Both the position numbers and the translations under genes were made by a program. This document shows, piece by piece, positions 24,601 to 29,046 of a DNA stretch of 29,046 bases. The first letter of the stretch is position 1, and each line of letters starts with the position of its first letter. The notes under the pieces are model-generated. The model was not told the origin of the DNA. It was given only the letters and a program-made list of their open reading frames with translations, and ran no database searches. Source of the DNA: a virus (lineage: Duplodnaviria; Caudoviricetes); the IMG/VR virus record IMGVR_UViG_3300002307_000177, positions 1-29,046 of that record. One strand, given 5' to 3'.

Positions 24601-27600
24601 ACAAGCAATAACCAGTCTAATATTACCACTGTAGGTACATTGACTAGTTTAACCGTCGCCGGCGCGACAATATTCAACAGCACTAGTAATTTAGGTCCAA
24701 TAAGCAATGTAACAATCACTGGTGGCGCAGCTAATTATTTCTTGAGAACCGATGGTACTGGAAACCTAAGCTGGATTAACGCTACAACATTAACTACTGC
24801 TCCTGGTACAAATACACAGGTGCTGTTCAATGATGCTGGTAGTTTTGCAGCTAACGCAAATCTTACATTTAACAAGACGAATGGTAATTTGTCAGTTGGT
24901 GGAAACCTAAACGTAACTAAAGATGTGGTATTGAGTACTAGTAACATCAGCGGAGTAAACGTATTAACGGCAACTTCTATTGCAGGCACACTAACTACTG
25001 CCGTACAAACTAATATTACTTCAGTGGGTACTCTTACTGCACTTGTAGTAACAGGGACTACTACCGCTAACAACTTAAGTGCAACTAATTATGCAAATGC
25101 TAAAATTACAACATTGTCAACAGGTACATTAACTGCTTCTAACTCAGCAATAAATGTAACACAAAATTGGAATAATGCGTCTGCAACCTTTACTGGCATT
25201 GTAGAAAATATAACTGATACTGCAAGTGCTACTAACTCATTATTACTTGATTTGCAAGTAAACGGCATTAGTAAGTTTAATGTCAACAAAGCAGGGCTAA
25301 TAACAGGCGATGGCGGAAATGTCAGTAATGTTCCTGGTTCCGTAGTTACTGGACAAGTCGGTAACGCACTAGTAGCAGGAACAGTGTATACTGCATCACA
25401 ACCTAACATTACTGGCGTGGGTACAATTACAACTGGTATTTGGAATAATAACATCGGTTCAAGTGCTACTTTTGCAGCAGGTTTAAGCGGGGCAAACTTA
25501 GCTTCTCTGAATGCAAGCAATATCAGTTCCGGAACATTAGCACAGGCAAGGTTAGCTAATAGCTCATTGACAGTAAATGGTGTAAGTATTTCATTGGGCG
25601 GCACCGGAACAATTACTGCTAATACCAATCAAGCATTAACATTGGGTAACTATTTAACGGGTACATCATTTAATGGTGGCACTGCGGTAACTGCAACCGT
25701 CGATGCCACTACAACATCAACTGCAAGCAAAGTAGTTGCCCGTGATGCAAATGCAAATATCTACGCTAACAATGCAATCTTTAGCAATGTGAGCGGTAAC
25801 GGTGCTGCATTAACTAGCTTAAATGCAAGTAATATTACATCAGGTGTTATCGGTGCTTTATATGTTCCAACATTGAATCAGAACACAACTGGGTATGCTG
25901 CTACAGTAAGTAGCTCATCACAACCAAACATTACGAGCGTAAGCAATAGCTTCACGGGATTAACTCTTGCTGCCAATGGCAATATTACATTAAGTGGTAA
26001 TAGTAGTCAAATAACCGGTGCTAATTTAATCAGTGCTACAAACCTTTCGGGTACACTAGCAGCAGGTCCCCAGACAGGAATCAATGCAGTAGGTACATTG
26101 ACTGGCTTGGTTGTTAGTGGATCCGTTAGTGCTAGTAATATTACTATAGGTACTAATGGCAATGTTACATTAAGTGGTACTAGCAGTCAAATTACTGGTG
26201 CTAATTTAATCAGCGCAAGTTTCTTGTCTGGTAATGGCGTTGCTATCTCGGGAATGAATGCAAGCAACATAACTAGCGGCGCTCTGCCGTCAGCTATTTC
26301 AAATCAGATTTCAAATATAGGTACAATAACCGCAGGATCTATTCCTGGTACATTAATAACAGGTACTGTAGCTAATGCAACATTAGCTAACGTGGCAAAT
26401 TATCATGTACAGTCTGCGCAGACGACTGGCACTTATTACTTGTCTCTTGCTAATGCTGCAACATCAAGTAATGTATCACTAAATGCAAACACTAACATTA
26501 ACGTAGCAGTAGCAACAGGTACACTAAATGCTACTGCATTTGCGGGCAGTGGCGCAAGTCTCACGAACCTTAATGCAAGCAATATCACTAGTGGTGTTAT
26601 CGGTTCTGCATATGTGGCAACATTAAATCAGAACACAACCGGGTATGCAGCAACAGTAAGTAATGCCATACAGCCTAATATCACAAGTGTAGGCACATTG
26701 AGTTCATTAGCTATTACTAGTGGTGCTACAACTAAGTTAACCGTAACCTCAAATGCAGCTCCTACTACTGACATGGTAGTTATTACTAATGCAGGTCAAC
26801 CTGTAACGACAGCAGGGGTAAATGGTATTAATGTCACTTACGCCGGCGGAGCAGCAGCAGTAGAAGCTAGTGCATTTAGAACAGACTTTACTCCAGGAAG
26901 TACCACAGGCGGTACTTGGAATGGAATACGATTTGTTCCATCAAGTAATGCTGCAACCGGCGTCAACATGAATGGTATAAAGATTGACGCAATACCAGGT
27001 GGATCGGGTTCTGGTAATGAAAGCGCGATCTATGTGGGAGCAAACTGGGATAATATTGTTAACTACAACGGCACCTCAGTTATATATGGTAATGGTTTTG
27101 TTAACGCTTCTCAGTTGTCAGGTTCATTGCCTAATGCAGTAACAAATGCAATCAGCAATGTAGGTACGGTGATTACAGGATCTATTTCGGGTTCATTGAT
27201 TACCGGCACTGTAGCAAATGCTTCGTTAGCTAACGTAGCAAATTATCATGTCCAAACTGCACAGACAACAGGTACGTATTATTTGTCACTAGCCAATGCT
27301 GCAACAACAAGTAATATCTCATTAAACGCAAATACTAACATTAACGTAGCAGTAGCAACAGGTACACTAAATGCTACTGCATTTGCGGGTAGTGGTGCTG
27401 CTCTTACAGGTCTAAACGCAAGCAACATCACCAGTGGTGTTATCGGTTCTGCATATGTAGCAACATTAAATCAGAACACAACTGGTTATGCAGCAACAGT
27501 AAGCGGAGCTACTCAAGCTAACATTACCTCAGTAAATGATAATTTTGATCACTTGACACTTAAGGCAAATGGCAATATTACATTAAGTGGTGCTAGTAGT

Positions 27601-28266
27601 CAAATTACTGGCGCTAATTTGATAAATGCAACTAACATTACAGCAGGTAATATCACCGGTGGTAATGCAAATGTTTCTGGTCAACTGATAAGCATAGTAG
27701 CAACAGGTACTGCACCGTTTGTCGTGACCTCAACCACTACTGTAGCCAATCTATCAGTCGCTAACGCAACATTTGCAACAACTGCAGGCTCAGCTACATC
27801 AGCTACTACTGCTGGATCAGCTACCACATTTACTAGCACAACACAAAACTCGCAATTTAATTCGATCGGTGCAGGAACCCCGGGATCAGGAACCGCAGGT
27901 GAAATTCGTGCAACTAACAACATTACTGCATATTATTCATCTGACGAAAGACTTAAAGAAAATATTCGTCCGATTGAAAATGCACTAGATAAAGTTAATA
28001 GTATCGGTGGTAAAACATTTGATTGGACAGATGCATATATCAGTGAACATGGCGGCGAAGATGGATATTTTGTAAGAAAAGCTGACTTCGGTGTTGTTGC
28101 GCAGGATGTCCAGAGAGTATTCCCACTTGCAGTGCGTACTAGAGATGATGGCACATTAGCAGTTGATTATGAAAAACTATCTGCACTTTCTTTACAGGCA
28201 ATAGTTGAGCTTAATCAAATTGTATTTGAGCTAAAGAATGAACTTGATAATTTAAAAGGAAGGTAA
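21622..28266 (+). CDS. Giant tail fibre protein (2214 aa) with C-terminal intramolecular chaperone (peptidase S74-like)
   Basis: Start ATG 21622. N-terminal INIG...D...D.IR.AF.K...NF.ELY anchor motif. N/A/G/T-rich repetitive shaft. C-terminal SSDERLKENI...GVVAQDV...VDYEKL plus coiled coil. Confidence 0.9.
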   Translation: MAQQNINIGTFPDDPNADAIRTAFTKVQENFTELYASIGRQTVLSVNKSPGAGITVNSPTGNVVVSANIACVQVRTNTLAIGIGSNTAQYACVTQSTQTLFVDLPANVTGISNITLTNAVVANYVNANISLNSPNLAANAATIGNATANTRFGNGTINATGNANVGNLGFGAGQIIGTGNITAGNANLGNLARANYVNVNNQINGNIGNFSGNIIAANANLGNSVVANFFTGDGRYLTNVPALANSLIVNGTSFANISTPDGNLTVGIGGSANVANFTSTGLNVYGTGNFAGNLSAPNIIGNLANGNTSITMTLNGNISLNAAGSTAEVVITGTGINVAGTANIVGVLTASNISGEGGNITGINANNISSGTLAQARLANSTFTINGNVITLGGSNTITANTTQTHSNGSYITGGSFNGGTAVTWAVDAATTATASKVVAYDVNANVSANNVNATQLYGNGINITNANAGNLTGTLANTVANTIANVGNILVGNYNATIGNNATILGANAANLSNINATAITSGTLAQARLANSSLTINGTSVALGASATITANTTQSLSNGSYITGGSFNGGTAITWAVDATTTATASKIVARDANANINGNNISATTFIGSGANLTAVPAGNLSGTIPSSVLGNSTVYVGTTGIALNRASASQSLTGVSIDGSAGSATTAGTVTANDQPNINTVGILTNLTVGNATANTVFGNGTISAAGNITAGNLIGPLANGTSNVNIPTASGNVNITAGGTTSLVVTATGVNVAGTLNATGIISGSGAGLVSIPGANVTGTVSNANIANLVRTNTSTNTTVYLLGTSTLANANIAPEKVSGIFANMAANSITATTFNGNLSGNVSATTVAGNLTTSAQPNITSLGNLAVANVVGLANVGSLNVNGKSNLGPVGNVTITGGTSGYYLQTDGTGNISWQPVTVSAGTSILNGSSNVIVDPSGNVRIGVSGSPNVISANSSTVTIAGNLISGNANLGNAVTANYFNGILSVTSNNQSNITTVGTLTSLTVAGATIFNSTSNLGPISNVTITGGAANYFLRTDGTGNLSWINATTLTTAPGTNTQVLFNDAGSFAANANLTFNKTNGNLSVGGNLNVTKDVVLSTSNISGVNVLTATSIAGTLTTAVQTNITSVGTLTALVVTGTTTANNLSATNYANAKITTLSTGTLTASNSAINVTQNWNNASATFTGIVENITDTASATNSLLLDLQVNGISKFNVNKAGLITGDGGNVSNVPGSVVTGQVGNALVAGTVYTASQPNITGVGTITTGIWNNNIGSSATFAAGLSGANLASLNASNISSGTLAQARLANSSLTVNGVSISLGGTGTITANTNQALTLGNYLTGTSFNGGTAVTATVDATTTSTASKVVARDANANIYANNAIFSNVSGNGAALTSLNASNITSGVIGALYVPTLNQNTTGYAATVSSSSQPNITSVSNSFTGLTLAANGNITLSGNSSQITGANLISATNLSGTLAAGPQTGINAVGTLTGLVVSGSVSASNITIGTNGNVTLSGTSSQITGANLISASFLSGNGVAISGMNASNITSGALPSAISNQISNIGTITAGSIPGTLITGTVANATLANVANYHVQSAQTTGTYYLSLANAATSSNVSLNANTNINVAVATGTLNATAFAGSGASLTNLNASNITSGVIGSAYVATLNQNTTGYAATVSNAIQPNITSVGTLSSLAITSGATTKLTVTSNAAPTTDMVVITNAGQPVTTAGVNGINVTYAGGAAAVEASAFRTDFTPGSTTGGTWNGIRFVPSSNAATGVNMNGIKIDAIPGGSGSGNESAIYVGANWDNIVNYNGTSVIYGNGFVNASQLSGSLPNAVTNAISNVGTVITGSISGSLITGTVANASLANVANYHVQTAQTTGTYYLSLANAATTSNISLNANTNINVAVATGTLNATAFAGSGAALTGLNASNITSGVIGSAYVATLNQNTTGYAATVSGATQANITSVNDNFDHLTLKANGNITLSGASSQITGANLINATNITAGNITGGNANVSGQLISIVATGTAPFVVTSTTTVANLSVANATFATTAGSATSATTAGSATTFTSTTQNSQFNSIGAGTPGSGTAGEIRATNNITAYYSSDERLKENIRPIENALDKVNSIGGKTFDWTDAYISEHGGEDGYFVRKADFGVVAQDVQRVFPLAVRTRDDGTLAVDYEKLSALSLQAIVELNQIVFELKNELDNLKGR
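22711..25758 (+). repeat. Three 249-bp (83-aa) intragenic repeats: 22711-22959, 23170-23418, 25510-25758
   Basis: Each encodes NA..I.SGTLAQARLANS..T.NG....LG...TITANT.Q....G.Y.TG.SFNGGTA.T..VDA.T..TASK.VA.D.NAN, and the lengths are equal. Confidence 0.9.
26362..27504 (+). repeat. Two 300-bp (100-aa) intragenic direct repeats: 26362-26661 and 27205-27504 (offset 843 bp)
   Basis: GTVANA.LANVANYHVQ.AQTTGTYYLSLANAAT...YVATLNQNTTGYAATVS occurs twice. Includes a 56-bp identical block (26491-26546 = 27334-27389). Confidence 0.92.
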
Positions 28267-28272
28267 TAGTAT

Positions 28273-29046
28273 ATGACAATAGTTTCTAGTGGGCAGGTTT
28301 CTTTGGGCGGCAACACAGTAGTAGGTAACCTAAATCAATCTGTTGAATATGAGATTTTTTCCGCCGGACTAGGTTACAACACTAACGGCAATGCACAAAT
28401 TTCATTTAATGATGCAGCAGTTCGTACATTATCTGGTACTACATCAGGTGCTCAAATCTCATTCACTGATGTATATGGAAAGACTGCATTCGCGCCGGTT
28501 ACCAACACCTACACTACTGGATCAGGAATCAACACTGTCCCCACTGGTGCATCACAGTTGAAAATAGAAGTATGGGGAGCCGGCGGCGGCGGCGGTAAAG
28601 GTTCAACTGTTTGTATCTCCAACGACGGCGGCGGCGGAGGTGGCGGCGGCTACAGCACTAAAACGTTTACATTGACCTCAGCAAATTGGGGGCAAACAAT
28701 AAACTTTTTAGTAGGTACTGGTGGTATTGGGGCAACTGCGAGTGCAGGAGGAAATGGTACATCTTCTACTGTAACTAATAATACTTTTGGTACTGCAATA
28801 AACATGGCTGCGAACGGTGGCACTGGGGGTAAAGGAGGAAACAGTGGAGGAGCAGTTGGTACAGGCGGCACAGCTTCAGGCGGCACTACCAATACAACTG
28901 GCGGGGGTGACGGTGTTACCTTCACTCGTACTGGCCAGAGTTCTCCTAACGGCGGCGGCCAACAAACTGCTAGTGCCGGCGCAGGAAATCCTCCGGGCGG
29001 CGGCGGCGGCGGCAGTGCGTTTGGAGCAACACCAGCAAATGGTGGT
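28273..29046 (+). CDS. Glycine-rich fibre-tip adhesin-like protein (T2/T6 gp38-like arrangement), partial
   Basis: Not in the ORF track. Manual translation of the 5' part reads MTIVSSGQVSLGG...ISFNDAAVRTLSG...ISFTDVYGKT...IEVWGAGGGGG..., with poly-Gly tracts continuing to the window end. AGGAAGG SD. Confidence 0.8.
   Translation, partial: MTIVSSGQVSLGGNTVVGNLNQSVEYEIFSAGLGYNTNGNAQISFNDAAVRTLSGTTSGAQISFTDVYGKTAFAPVTNTYTTGSGINTVPTGASQLKIEVWGAGGGGGKGSTVCISNDGGGGGGGGYSTKTFTLTSANWGQTINFLVGTGGIGATASAGGNGTSSTVTNNTFGTAINMAANGGTGGKGGNSGGAVGTGGTASGGTTNTTGGGDGVTFTRTGQSSPNGGGQQTASAGAGNPPGGGGGGSAFGATPANGG

Noticed and set aside
26362-27504. Fibre repeats as DGR TR/VR
   Set aside because: Differences are mostly synonymous and involve all bases, both copies are in frame within one gene, and no reverse transcriptase is present.
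21990-28925. Many hydrophobic minus-strand ORFs (LPV/A-rich)
   Set aside because: Antisense artefacts of the Asn/Gly/Thr/Ala-rich fibre and adhesin genes.
1-29046. Stop-codon reassignment (alternative genetic code)
   Set aside because: All conserved genes are full length in code 11 and coding density is high without read-through.

Overview
Fragment of a large T4-like (jumbo-type) myovirus genome read in standard code 11. It is mostly a virion morphogenesis region. On the minus strand are gp15-like (partial) and gp14-like genes. On the plus strand are a gp13-like neck gene, dNMP kinase, a ~1250-aa tail sheath, tail tube, a second tube-like/baseplate gene, gp4-like head completion nuclease, probable internal head proteins, a 2214-aa repeat-rich fibre with a C-terminal S74 chaperone and a partial glycine-rich adhesin. 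Structural genes follow a late-promoter-like (G/C)ATAAATA or ACTAAATA motif. A 4.6-kb island of small genes under sigma70-type promoters (2880-7529) separates gp14 from gp13. It carries a three-member microprotein family with a perfect 105-bp duplication, and a MazG-like gene translationally coupled to an acyl-carrier-protein homologue lacking the phosphopantetheine serine (DSL->DLL), which is the best candidate for a new system. There are four homing-endonuclease-derived elements: an intact HNH-NUMOD3, a GIY-YIG fused to an HNH-like protein, and two decayed remnants. Each remnant is followed by a conserved gene that appears to start at ATT. No tRNA, CRISPR array or reverse transcriptase was seen. 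Family assignments come from motif recognition, not database searches.
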